A program made the translations under genes and the position numbers. Source: Azolla caroliniana (Eukaryota; Plantae; Polypodiophyta). Taken from it: 64,000 nucleotides of DNA. Under the pieces are notes generated by a model. It saw only the letters and a program-made list of their open reading frames with translations, did not search any database and was not told where the DNA came from. The stretch covers positions 10,664,001-10,728,000 of the forward strand of contig JBHGNT010000020.1 of assembly GCA_043228905.1 (NCBI GenBank). The letters are read 5' to 3'. Below, piece by piece: positions 51,453 to 64,000 of the stretch (within the stretch, counting starts at the first letter, position 1; each line of letters starts with the position of its first letter).

Positions 51453-54400
51453 ATGTATCTTCAGCTTCCTTCTTCTTCTTCTTCTTCTTCTTCTTCTTCT
51501 GTGTTTGCTGCAGGGCCGAGCAGCTTCATCCATCAGAAAGCAGCGAATTTCAGCAGCAGAAAAAGCTTCAACACCTCTCAGTTCTCTGCCCTCGCCTCAA
51601 CCTTTTCTCGGGTTTCCCTACTTCGACATGTTGCCTCCCCCACCGTCCTCAGATCTACTCCATCTTTCCTCTGCTTCGCTTCAGGTAAAAGAAATCTGCC
51701 CGCCTTGCTCTCTGTCTCTGTCTCTCTCTGTCTCTGTCTCTGGTCGCTTTTTCCTTTGGTTTCATTATTTTTCATCCAATTCTCTCCGCTTTCATTGCTT
51801 CCAATGATTTCTTTCTTCGTCCTTAACTGTTGTCCCTTTTTTAATATAATGTGGATCCTGTGCCTGCTGGAAGAATCTGTTTCTCTTCGTGATTTTCTAT
51901 CTATTCGATCATGCACATGGACCATCCTATATCAATATTCAGTTCCAGTGTTCTATTTTATTTTTAATGCCTTCCCAATTATTGAAATCTTCTACTCATG
52001 CATTTGCCTAATATTCATCCTTCCTGTTCTACTCATGCATTTGTGGATGCTTGTATTATTGATTGCTATTAATTGTTCTATGCCACATCAATAGATGCTT
52101 TGTACTCAATTGTTCTACTCACCCATTCACATATGCGTATATACTCGTTCTGCTCACACATTTATGGATTCTTGCACATGCGTATGAATGTATGCTCACA
52201 CATTAATGTGCGCATTATTATTCATTCCTCTATGTACATTACTGGATGCTTGTATAATTAGTAATGGTCCAACCCATTAATTGATGTCTCTATGTGTTAT
52301 ATTTTATCACATCAAATGATGCTTTTACCATTTTTTGAAATGTGTACTACGTACATTAATTGGACAATTGTATTTGTTGTCAGCTGCGTTACAAATCTTA
52401 ATAGATTCTTGTACGCACCACTTTGTCATTTACCTATCTCCCACCAATTGAATTGATCTTTTGGATCTTGGACTACTTAAGGAATTCTTCTCATCGATTG
52501 TATCTATTATTGATTGTTATACTGACATCAATGGATGCTCATGTTCATTGTCAATTGTTCTACTCACACATTAAGGAATTCTATCTCCCACCAAATTTTC
52601 TATTTGAAGCTGTTGATTACCAAAGGAATCCTCTCACAATGCCTTACATTTGTTTATATGTAGTTAAAACTGAGACCATAGAAACTGAACCAAGTACTGG
52701 TGTTCAATTTCCAATCTCCATCAAACCACCTGGAAGCTCCTCACAGCTTTCATTGGTTGGAAAAGGTTCAATTCTTTCAAGTTTTTTTCTATGTTTTTGT
52801 GTTTTGATATCTCCACTCCTGTAATACCTGTTAATGTTAAATACTCAGGTTTCAGAGAGAAGAATATTGCTTTCATACGAGTAAAAGTATATGCCATTGG
52901 CATGTACTTTGACAGTGACATCACCACCTGTCTGAGTTCCTCTTGGAAAAGCAAAAAGGGAGCTGATCTTTATAACGATGCCAATCTTTTCAAGGAGATT
53001 CTGGAAGGTAGTAGAAAAATGATGAGTTTTGGCGCACACACACATATGGTTTCACAATTGTTTTGTTCTATTTTCCGCATTTTCTAGGGGAAGGTCATTA
53101 GGATCATAGTATATACACATGTGCAACTAAGGATTCTGTTTGTGTGAGCACCGCATTATGTTTAAATGTTTGAATAGAGGAAGTTTTGTTACTAGCATAA
53201 ATGCCTAGATTCATAAATTAAGAAGCCTATTTGTGCCAATGTATGATGCATGTTCATTTCTGCATAAAGTTTCAGCATTTCTGAGAGGATGTTTGTTGCC
53301 ATCATATATACACATAACCATACATTAAGGAGCTTGTCCACACGATTTCTATGATTTATGCTAGTTATTGTGTAAATTTTCAACATCTCTGAGCGAATGT
53401 TTGTCACCGTCTTACATACATATAATCCCCCATTCTATTAAGGAGCCAATCCTCACTGGTTTCTATGACGTTTGTTAAGTTTTGTGCGTAAAGTATCACT
53501 TCTTCAGTATTCCCTGGGGAAGATTGCTATAAAATACTCATAATTATACAGCTATTTGTACCATATGTCTACATCCACATCGTAGCATCCACATTATTGC
53601 CAATTGAATGGTCTCTGGCCCAGTTAGCAAGTTAATTATATACTTAAGGAGCCAATGAGGCGAAGGATTAGGCCTATTAGCTCCTTAATTATTTAATGTA
53701 TATGATCGTAATATGAATCATATTTTTGTTCAATATTGCATGGTTATTCCATTGTCAAGCAACATGGATTTACTATTGGTTGATATCAAAATTTGGGAAA
53801 ATATGTGAAGGTTCCTGTGTTAATGTACGTTTTTTATATGTGTAGCTCTCATTGACATGGTTACTCCATTAGCAAGCAGCATAGTTTTTACTACTGATTG
53901 TATTAAAATTTGGGAAATATGAAGGTTCCTTGGTTAAGATGTGTCTCAAATATGTGTGTAGCCCCTGTTGATAAGGGGATGAGAATTGTCCTTGCGAGGG
54001 ATGTGGATGGTGCTACATTTTGGGGAGCCCTAGATGAGGCCCTTGCACCAAAACTGAAAGGTGGAAAGGAGGCTGATAAGGAAGCATTGAATGCTTTCGG
54101 AGAGGTATTCCGAGGGCGAGCGTTGACTCAAGGAACTTCAATCTACTTGACTTGGGTTCAGCCCTTTAAGCTTCAGGTAGTGTACACTAATAATCTCCAT
54201 TCTATAAATAAATTGCTTTATTATCCTTTTCCTTGTAGGTATTTTAGTTTTAGCATGTATATAATGCATATTAATATGTCATATTTTCATGCAATGAGTT
54301 GCATCTTGATATACTATCTTTTCATGCAATGAAATGCATATTTATATGCTACCTTCTCACCCAATGATATGCATATTCATATACTATCTTTTCATGCAAT

Positions 54401-54813
54401 GGTATGTATATTCTGTGGATTTTATCACTTCTAGCGTATATCTGATGCATATTAATATGCAATCGTTTCATCGAATCATGTGCTTATTGACATGCTTTCA
54501 TGGCAATGCTATGCATCTTGATATGCATATTGATATGATGTCTTTTCATATGATGATATGCATATCCATATGCTATCTTTTCATGCAATGATATGCATAT
54601 TGATATGATGTCTTTTTGTGTGGTGATATGCATCTTTACATTTATGCAAAACAGATTGCATTGTCGGGGGATTCTTTAATACCAGAAAGTGTTGAGGCCA
54701 CCATTGACTCAGCTGCTTTGGTTTATTCTCTCTTTGATGTATACCTGGGGGAAAAACCAGTATCTCCTACAGCGAAGGAATCTGTAGCATTAGGCCTTCA
54801 AGCGTTGCTATGA
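51453..54813 (+). CDS. FAP3: Chalcone-isomerase-fold fatty-acid-binding protein 3, plastid; exons 51453-51684, 52664-52765, 52849-53007, 53962-54176, 54655-54813
   Basis: Ser-rich transit peptide. EPSTGVQF, GFREK...VKVYA, IVLARDVDGATFWGALDEAL, LFDVYLGEKPVSPT match the FAP3 clade. Confidence 0.93.
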
Positions 54814-55720
54814 CCCTGGATTGAATTTATATTCATCCTATCCAATGTGGCTACTTTTATATTGAGAGAGACTGAAATGTGTTGGATTGCATGTGTTCCA
54901 ATGAAAATGTATGAAATCGAAACAGAGAATCTCCGCTCAATCCATCACTATGAAAAGCGTGGAGAATTAAACATCGAAGGTCTCTAGCCTCTCAAACTAT
55001 TGTTGTAGAATATGGTGCCTGTTCTCTAATTGTATACTTTTGTTGTACTACTTTGACACATTGGTTTCACTTTTCTTCAAACTTGTTCTTCAATAGCACA
55101 CTGTGTAGCTAGCAATTTTTTGTTATGTGTTTTAACACGTGTCTGGATCCTCAAGTAGTATATGATACTTCAATGTGTTGGTTTCATCATCTTCTTCTTT
55201 TTATGTTTGCTGGAAAACCATGCCCATGTCTCTAGTACTATGATTAATGATGTATTTTAATACGTTGAATATGTTGATTGTCTTTCTAGTTTTGATGGAG
55301 CATCTTTAAAATGACAAATTAACCATAAGCGCTGAGAATAATTTTGCATTAGAATCATTTAATGATTGTATCAGCAATTATTAAAGAATGAACAGACTAA
55401 TCAAGTACACATTATGAATATGATGGATGTAATTTGTCACCTCTGATTGAGCAATCTATAATGCATGGCAAACTGAATGGAGGATCGTGATATATACTAG
55501 TGATATAAAGGTTGAAAATAAGAGACAGGGGTTCATGGTTTCAGAGTAGTTGTGTTTATTGGATACATATGTAAGTTAATAAGTGAAAGGATCACAACAA
55601 TATTGACAATATTAGGAATGGTGAATATTGAGTATTTATGCTACCTTGTAAAATCTAGAGAATTATAAATGGTTTGAAGAGTACAATTGGGAATGCAAAT
55701 GATGCGAAGCTTGTTTAACT

Positions 55721-56372
55721 TTAGGAAACTAAAGTTTGAGTGATGTTGTCCAATGACTTAGAAGCTTGTACATGGAGATTTGAGGTGAGAAGATAGTCTT
55801 TTTCAAGCTTCTCTTGGTATTGGTCAAGGCATTGCATGCGAGATTTTTGGACTTTAATGAGTTTGTTAGAGAGCTCATTGAGGACTTGATGGGTTTGGCC
55901 TTGAAGTGTTTGGAGTGTCTCCTCTTTATTCTCTTCTAGTTCTCGGATGGAGGCTTGCAGAGTTTGCACTTTGAGTGATGTTGTCCAATGACTTAGAAGC
56001 TTGTACATGGAGATTTGAGGTGAGAAGATAGTCTTTTTCAAGCTTCTCTTGGTATTGGTCAAGGCATTGCATGCGAGATTTTTGGACTTTAATGAGTTTG
56101 TTAGAGAGCTCATTGAGGACTTGATGGGTTTGGCCTTGAAGTGTTTGGAGTGTCTCCTCTTTATTCTCTTCTAGTTCTCGGATGGAGGCTTGCAGAGTTT
56201 GCACTTTGATTTCAAATTCATGTTTGATGTGGGTACATTCCTCGGTCTTGGCCAATAAGGCTACCTCCAGATCCTTCACCCTTGTCCGTAATTGAATGCA
56301 AGTGCCTCGAAGCTTCTCCATATCATTTTGAAGTTTGGAAAGGCTCTTTGTGTATTTAGCCCCCAAAAGCAT
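55721..56372 (-). CDS. Coiled-coil ORF or terminal exon of an unknown gene, with its 3' part tandemly duplicated
   Basis: Heptad-like KLQNDMEKLRGTCIQLRTRVKDLEVAL...LQASIRELEE. Start and upstream exons are uncertain. Confidence 0.45.
55735..56208. repeat. Perfect 235-bp tandem duplication
   Basis: 55735-55969 is identical to 55970-56204, with TTTGA microhomology at the junctions. Confidence 0.95.
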
Positions 56373-58599
56373 TTTGTATGTATATGTGATGTGTTTGTGC
56401 GTATGTATGTGTTTGTTAGAAAAATGATCAAGGGGAGCAAAATATATAACCTTTGTCAATGGGATTGCTTCATGATTCCATAACCTTTTATTTATATAAA
56501 ACCATATGATAGATTGCTTTGATTGGATGACTTGAGTTCAAATTAGAGGGAATATTATCTCTTTTGATGTACTTTACATTCTTTAATCATCAGCCTCTTT
56601 CTTGAGTGCTTTTAAAGTTTTTTCCGTTAATGTGTAACTTACAATTCCTCATCTCATGATAGTTTATTCTTATCATGGACTCATGATGGTAGCTACAAAC
56701 TTCATTAGAATGGTAAGCTCCTAGTTCCACAAGGAGTCATGATATGTATATGTTCTCATTGCACGATAAAATGAAAAAAATGGTCAAAAGCAAAGGTAAA
56801 CCTCTCAACCATAACAAAAACTTGCTAAGGAAGAAAAGTCACGCAGACATCTTCCTAAGGAAAAAAATTCCAATGCGCCCTTCAACTTTAGTAGGTATGC
56901 ATTAACACCATGTCTACACCAAACTTAAATGCATTATGCGTATCCCAATCCCATTTATGACACAATCCACAAAAACTCTCTTTTTCTCCCAACATACATG
57001 TCACTTCGATGTATCCCACTTGCTCTTTCTCTCTCTTTCTTTCTTTTTTGTAGAGGGGTTGTTTATATTAAATCAAAATGACAAATTACAATAATAGGGA
57101 GGATCTTATGGCTAACAAAAGCAAATCATATCCTTGACATCTAAGAGAGAAAGTAAGGAATCATGATTTTTTTATCAATGTCAAGTGTCTTGGAATGTCC
57201 TCCTCTATCTTATGTTGTGTGGGAATTTGAGAGTAAGTTTTGGAAATCTTGGCCATCGAGAACAATGAGAGATTTTCTTTGGGGGATTGTATGTCATGAG
57301 TCATGACCAAAACTATCATGGGGCCATTCTAGGAAATTCTTAGGGGCGTGTGTGGACATGTAACCTTAATGTTGGGTAAATGAGGGGGGAACATATGCAC
57401 GATAGCCCTTATGCATGACAATTACTGAATAAGGACATCTCATATGGTTAGGCAGACAAACCTTATCGTGCACACACACCATGCTTGTGCTAATCATCTT
57501 TGTCCTCGTCTTCACCACACACCTCAACTATTCAAAGATAATGAATGCATGACTTGGGTGTGACAAATCTTGAAGGGTGTGAGTCATGGGGGTTCTGTGC
57601 TCCAATTGGGTGGCGTAACAATGAGAGAAAGAAGAGATTGGCAAAGAGTTATGCAATATAATCTATTGGCTAAGTAAGGGCATGACCTATGGGGAGCTCT
57701 ATCCCCCTAGTGGGTGGGGTAACAAAGAAATACAAAATAAACTAGGAAAGAGCTCGTAAACATTAGACTTTTACAGGTTAGTCATAATGGTGATAAAGGG
57801 AGTATACAATACACACATTACATATTTACATATACTCACTTAAAATAGTTGGATATCTAGAGCCTTAGCGATTGATTACAAGTACATAAGTAAATAAGGG
57901 CCACATAGTAAATCCTTGTTACAAATGCTCAAAAACTATGTGTGACCATGGATTCTCCAATGAGGTGAGCAATGACTTAATGAAGAAATGTATATTGTAA
58001 GTAGGGATTATTATGAGGAGCACATAATTGGATTCACGAACGAACATTACTAATATCAAATATATTGCGTGGACAACATTGAACAATTGGCACTCATTGT
58101 GGGAGAATGCAACAAGATCGTGGACTTATGATAAAGGCACAAATAGCCTTTCACATTATATGGCTTAATGCAATCAAGTCAACCCTCGTAGGCTATTATC
58201 TGTTAATCGCATTCACACAACACACTTGCAGTTGGTGTCACTACTGAACAAGACAATTGACCACATTTATCATGAACCCATAAAGACCATAGAACACAAA
58301 TAACCGCTTTTACAATCACTAATGACCATATATTCGACCCTCCCATTCTAGATAGCTAAATGTTAGTCATTAACCTCCAAATCAATGGATATGATCATGA
58401 TGTGTAATAGGTGGTCATTGGTAGTAGTTCTATAGTTGTCAGACATTATTGTTGAACAATCTAATAATTAAATGCCTTCTCATCATGTGGATACTTGCTC
58501 TATATCTCTATGAAGGTATTCCATGTCGTTGACATTAAGGCATACCTTTGTTGTTGCGTTGATTTGGTTACAATCAACTTGTAAGGGAATATGATCATG

Positions 58600-58916
58600 T
58601 TAAACCCTAAATCAAGCCATGAACCCTAAACTAATTAAGACTTAACTAGTTTGGGCTAAACTGGTTAAGCCCAAATTAGATTAGGCTTAACCAGTTTGGT
58701 TTGAAGCGGTTACTGGTTCCTTTCTGGTTTGATATTATTTTGCTTTTTGAAATGGTGTCGTTATTTCCCCCCTTTCTCTTTCTCTCTCTCTATCTTAGTT
58801 TTTTGAAACATTTCACTAGTGTAAGTACCTAATTAGGAGTAGGCAATGGTTTGGCTCAAATCTAAACCGGTTAAACGGTTTGGTTCGGCTTCCGGTTTGA
58901 GCTCGGTTTCTTAACC
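58600..58916. mobile_element. MITE-like remnants (AAACCG/CGGTTT-rich) in the fibrillin promoter
   Basis: taggagtaggcaatggtttggctc at 58834 resembles the MITE end at 31292. Confidence 0.45.
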
Positions 58917-59012
58917 ATTACTCATTGCTTCCGTCGTTCATTTTGGAAAAGAGAAAGAGAAAGAGGAAGAAGAAGAAGAAGAAGAAGAAGAAGAAGAAGA
59001 AGAGAAAGAGAT

Positions 59013-60151
59013 ATGGAGGCCATCGCGCAGAACATACATATCCTTCTCCCCCGCGAACCCCGTACCTCCTTCTGCAGAAGCAGAAACAGAAACAGAAACA
59101 GAAACAAGAGCTCCTTTGCCCCACCATCTCTGAATCCTTCACACACCCCATCCCTGCGCTGTAATTCGTCCGCTCTCGTCTCTTCTTCCTCCTTTGCTGA
59201 CAGCAAGGTATGGTAAAACCCTTGCCCCTAAATCTTGAAACTCTAAGTTCCCATTCCATCATACACAGAAATGGAGTTCCCTTCTCTTTTGGTTTGTACC
59301 GTTTTTTCAAGATATTTCTCTCCCTTCAATCTTCTTCTTTTGCAATCTTTTGCAGAACCTGCAAGATGCTAAATATAGTCTTCTGCAAGCCATCGTGGGC
59401 ACAGAGAGAGGGTTGTCCTCATCACCTGAAGAAAGATCTGTCATCGAAGAATCCATGGTGAGTCTATGGCCTCTGTTTCTGTTGTTGCAGTTTCTTTGTG
59501 GGATGAAGAGTCAAGATTATAGCCAAAAATATACGTGCTGAGTCTAGGGAAATAATGTATTTTCTCCATTACATTGAATTTTATGATATTATAGGATTAA
59601 AGAGTCTAAGATGATTTCAAAGAATCTATGGTGAGCTTAGTGTTGAAATCTGTTTCATTTTCAGGATGGAATTTTGAGATTATCTATGATGAAACTTACT
59701 GCTATATTTTAGGTTTAAAAGTCAATAGGTTAATAATCATAGAAGATTTTAGGACTAAGGAATCTGTTGCATAGTCGGGTAAAAGTTGAGATTGTGAAAG
59801 AATATACAGTGAATCTAGCATTCTATTTGTGGCATTATAGAGTTAAACATAAAGATTATCGAAGAATAAATGGTGAGTGTAAATGACAAATATGCTGTTA
59901 CATTGAAAATAATATGAAAAGAACTTATGATGACTATAACAACAAATAGGGTTGAATTCAAGAGAAAATATCTTACCAATTCCATGGCCTTATATATATG
60001 AAGCTTGTGAGGACGGCAGGTTGCAGTTGAATCTCTTGATGCTGGGCGGAATCTCGACTTGACCAAGGTTGATGGGACATGGATGCTTCAATATACAACT
60101 GCTTCCGATGTTGTCTCCATCCTGCAAGCATCAAAATTTCCGTTCTTGAAG
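59013..60151 (+). CDS. FBN8: Fibrillin / plastid-lipid-associated protein (FBN8/PAP10-like), first three exons 59013-59207, 59356-59457, 60020-60151; remainder outside window
   Basis: Transit peptide, KYSLLQAIVGTERGLSSSPEERSVIEE, VDGTWMLQYTTASDV, GT-AG junctions in phase 0. The subclade call is from memory. Confidence 0.82.
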
Positions 60152-60499
60152 GTTAGCCACTCGCCTTTTGCATGCAATATTCCTTTGGACCCAAGAGTAT
60201 TTCTTTATTTCCCCAAATGCCATTGGTCAACCCCTGAGAAGCAATTACAGTTGCTATTTGAGCCCCTTTTAAACTCTTTCTGTTGTTGAATAAGGACATT
60301 TGAGAAAATAACCAAAACTGGGGCATTTGGTGAAATGAAGAATGAACTCTAACCCCTACTTATTCCTAATCGAGTTTTCATGCATCTAGTCCTTCTCTTT
60401 TGAATAGTCACTTTTCCACCATCGCACTTACAAAGCTTCTCACACTTTTAGAGGCTGTCCATCGCCTTCTATTATTTTCTTTTATTTAATTACATGTCT

Positions 60500-63021
60500 C
60501 TTTCTCGTTGGTACATTATGTCTCATGCTTTGCTTCCATTTTCATTTCTAATATTGAATTATGTGACTATTGGATTAAGAAGTAATGGTAGGTAGGCTTA
60601 TATTCTACATTTTCTTAATTTAGCCCACTCTCTTGCTCTTCTACATTCTCATCAAAGTTAGTGTCAACGTCCATTTCAATGTACTTGTATAGAGATGGTT
60701 GAGTATACTTGTGACATGAGAAACAACTTGCTGTGTAATCTTCTTTTAATGTTAGTGCCTTCTCACAGCTTGGCTGTGTCTATTTTGTTCTAAAAACTGT
60801 TCCACTGCTGCTATTAACAACTTTTCTCACATGGCATCAGAGTAGTGAGGACACAGACCTATCTTCTTTTATCCCTCCCTCACAACCCTTTAGAGGAGGT
60901 TCTCTTAGCAGCCACCCTCCCAACCTATAGAGGAGGTTTTTGTTTTTCTTTTCTCCTCATTTGAGCCTCTCCTAGCATCTAGGGAGGAGTAGAAAGACCT
61001 TGAGCATCTACTTATAGCTGTTGCAAATTGTCTAGTTGTAGCTCAAGAGGAAGATATCCATGGCCTCACATGCCACCATTGTTTCATCAACCATTCCCCA
61101 ACTCCCCAAAGAGTCCATCTTGGATGGGAACAATTACTTGGATTGGGAATTGCGAATGGATTATGCTCGAAACACTCATCAAGAATTGATTATGGTGCAT
61201 TTAGATTTGGAGAAAGCTAATGATCATGTTAATTGGCCCTTTGTTTTTGGGTTAATGCATACAATGGGCTTTGGACCTCGTATGTCTTGCCGCATATTTT
61301 TATTAGGATAAGATGCGGTGTCTTGAGATTCATGACAGTCCCAACATCATGGATCAAATAACGCAATTTGTTACTCTCCAAAAGGAACTAGTTTCTTTCG
61401 GAAGCAAGTCAATTGAAGTTGAGTTTGTGCATCGTCTAATGATAAAGTTGCTTGAGTCATTCTCAGCCTTTTGTGACACAATTTCTCTTCTTCCCAATGC
61501 ACTTGATAGGAATACATTCTTGGCATGCTACAAGATAGGGAAACAAGGAAGAAAAGTGCTAAACTTCCAATGAGACGCTTCTACATGCGAAAAGTAAAGG
61601 CAGTGGAAGAAAAATGGCAACTCCTACAACAAACCCAATCCAAGACCAGCAAACAACCCATCCTACAAGGAGCTCACCTGTCATTATTATGGCTACAAAG
61701 GTCACATTTAGCCCGACTGTCAGAAAAAGAAAAGGGACAATGCCAAGAAATCTTCTTCTACCGAAAATCAACCTTCACCGAAATCAAACTCGGTCCACTC
61801 AGCCAAAGAAACAGTTTTCCTTGCCATGGAGGAACATTCTTCACATTTGGCTGGAACAAACTACCTCAACCATTGATGAGTGGTTAGTACACAATGGTGC
61901 CACTGCACACATGACCTATGACAAATCCATTTTGCATGATGTGAAGCCTAGCTCCTCCCAAATCTCCATAGGAGATGTATCAAGCATTGAGGCTTCTTGT
62001 GTGGGTAATGTGTTTCTTAACACTTCTTTAAATGACAAACATGCTATTCTTCAAGATGTGCTACATATGCCTCGCATCTCTGCCAACCTACTTTTGGTCT
62101 ACCGAATCACTAAGCAAGGTTATGGAGTCTACTTTGAAAGCTCTGTTTTTGGGAGTCATTGACACCAACAACTTACAAATTGTAGCTTCTGGCACACAAG
62201 GGGGTTTATATTGATTGAAAAGTGTCCATAGCCCCTTGGAAACATCCAAATCTCATCTTCTTCATCTTTTTCAAGATTCTCATGCCTTGGTGGCACAAGA
62301 AGATCCCATGTTGTGGCATGTTAGGCTCGGTCACCTCAACTACGATTCTCTACAAAAGCTCTCCTCTTCACAACTAGTTGAGGGTCTGCCTATTTTCAAA
62401 ACTCCCAATACCCCATGTGTTGCTTGTCTTCATGGCAAGTAACATCGAGAGCCTTTCCTACATGAAGCCACTCCCCATGCAACATCTATCTTGGAGTTAG
62501 TGCACATGGATCTTTGTGGTTCCATGAAAACCACTACTCTTGGTGGTGCACGCTATTTCATGGTTATAATCGATGATTTTTCCCACAAGGTTTGGGTTTT
62601 TTTCCTTGTAGAGAAATCTCAAGCCTTCACCAAATTTCAAGAGTGGGTAGCTCTCGTGGAGAACGAGACATCAAAGAAAGTTCGAAAGATCAGGTCGGAC
62701 AATGGTGGAGAGTTTATCTCCCAAGATTTCCACCATTTTTGCTCTCAACGAGGCATTGTTCGCAAATTTTCGACACCCAATACTCCTTAACAGAATGGAG
62801 TTGTGGAAAGGAAGAACTAGATAGTCTAAGAGATAGCTCTTACTATGCTTTCTCAATCTGATCTTCTTCTCTCGCTTTGGGGTGAAGCTATCAACAGAAT
62901 AGTCTACATCATCAACTGTTGCCTAACAAAAGCAGTTGCTGCAATGACCCCTGCAGAAGCATTTACAGGTTTAAAGGCGTCGGTTTCTCATTTTAAAGTC
63001 TTTGGTTGTGATGCTTAGGTT
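60500..63021 (+). mobile_element. Degenerate Copia (element D) in the fibrillin intron: LTR end, PBS, gag, protease, integrase
   Basis: LTR ends ...TCTCACA at 60830, PBS TGGCATCAGAG. LDGNNYLDW, WLVHNGATAHM, LWHVRLGH, LVHMDLCG, RSDNGGEF. The LTR start is approximate. Confidence 0.9.
61156..61326 (+). mobile_element. LINE RT fragment embedded in the Copia D gag
   Basis: DYARNTHQELIMVHLDLEKANDHVNW...MGFGPRM..IFLLG matches the LINE at 30390-30220 (-). Confidence 0.85.
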
Positions 63022-64000
63022 TGTGAGAAAAGTTGTTAATAGCAGCAACGGAACAGTTCTTAGAACAAAATAGACATAGCAAAAGAGTAGAGCTTGTTTT
63101 TAAGTAGCAACAAAACTAAAAGTCTCTACAAAAGAGGTTGGTATAGCCTATTTATATAAAATTGGGGAAAGTGGGTGAAATGGTTGTTTGGTAGTTAAGT
63201 GACTATTGTACTACCAAATAGGTACAATAAAGTAGGAATAAGAGGGAATATCTTGGAAAAATTGGAAGAAAGAAAAGGCATTTAAAGCGTTGTAGATTCT
63301 AGAGAGAGAAGGCATTTAAAGAGTTGTAGATTCTAGAGGTAGAAAAATCTAGGAAGAGAGAATGTAGAACAGAGATAATAAAGGTGAAAGAGAGTGTAGG
63401 TTTGGAGCTACCACCCCCAACACCTCTCATCTCTAGAATGGCGGTCCAACATTGAGTCGACCAAGGAGTTGATCAATGACTTGTCTTGGAAGTGGCTTAG
63501 TAAATAAATGAGCCACATTTTCTTGAGGAAAATATGCCAAGTTGATGACTTGTGATTTCACTAAATCACGAACCAAATGGTAGTGCACTTTGATATGTTT
63601 TGTTGTACCATGAAATGCTGAGCTATGTCCCAAGGCACGAGCACTTTGGCTGTCGGTGAAAACTGCAATAGGAGAGACTTGCAAAACACTAATGGGAGAA
63701 AACAATTGCATTAACCATAGCAACTCATAGCAAGTATCAAAGTAGGCGTGATATTCAGCTTCTGTCGAAGAACAAGAAACTGAGTTTTACTTCTTCGATT
63801 TCCAAGAAATCAAGCTTGAACCTAACATAAAACAATAGCCACTTGGGAAGTGGTGGAAGCTGATGTGTAGGGGGAGGGAAAACAAGTGGAGTTGAGGGAG
63901 AGCTTTGAATTGTTGGCGAAGTTAGAGATGAGTAGGAGGAGATGGGAGGCTTGAAGGCGAGACATCTTCGTCTAAAATAGGAGATTCCGGAGAAGCTAGA
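63022..64000 (-). mobile_element. Copia (element E): 3' LTR 63422-63022, PPT and RNaseH; RT apparently deleted
   Basis: LISWKSKK..SSTEAEY..TDSQSA..TKHIKVHYH..LFTKPL, purine tract then TGTTG at 63422. The LTR end is the reverse complement of 60770-60830. Confidence 0.9.

Noticed and set aside
51685-52094. Hydrophobic C-terminal part of the 224-aa ORF 51420-52094
   Set aside because: Read-through into the pyrimidine-rich FAP3 intron 1 after the donor at 51684/51685.
58918-59310. Poly-K, poly-F and CF-repeat ORFs
   Set aside because: GAA and CAGAAA simple repeats in the fibrillin 5' UTR and transit peptide read in other frames.

Overview
AT-rich, intron-containing nuclear DNA from a land plant. 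A seed-free vascular plant such as a fern is my inference from divergence and TE style, not a proven assignment. Conventional genes are VPS33 (22 exons, 40871-48649 +), FAP3 (51453-54813 +), the 5' part of a fibrillin FBN8/PAP10-like gene (from 59013 +) and a small plastid-targeted membrane protein (37650-35627 -). They lie among nested Ty1/Copia fragments, a LINE split by a solo LTR, hAT-type MITEs and microsatellites. The main observation is that the 1783-aa 'orphan' ORF at 25720-20369 splices in frame, through three GT-AG introns, onto a complete CASP-like (CASPL/MARVEL-type) four-helix domain. This predicts a ~1984-aa CASPL protein with an ~1800-aa disordered arm of tandem acidic/basic repeats carrying >50 R-x-S-[I/V/L/F] motifs. 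A second membrane protein with a long Ser/Arg/Tyr repeat tail (<2-3650 +) converges on it. A decayed copy of that gene's 3' end and flank lies on the far side (33.1-35.4 kb). All gene models were built by eye and need transcript confirmation.
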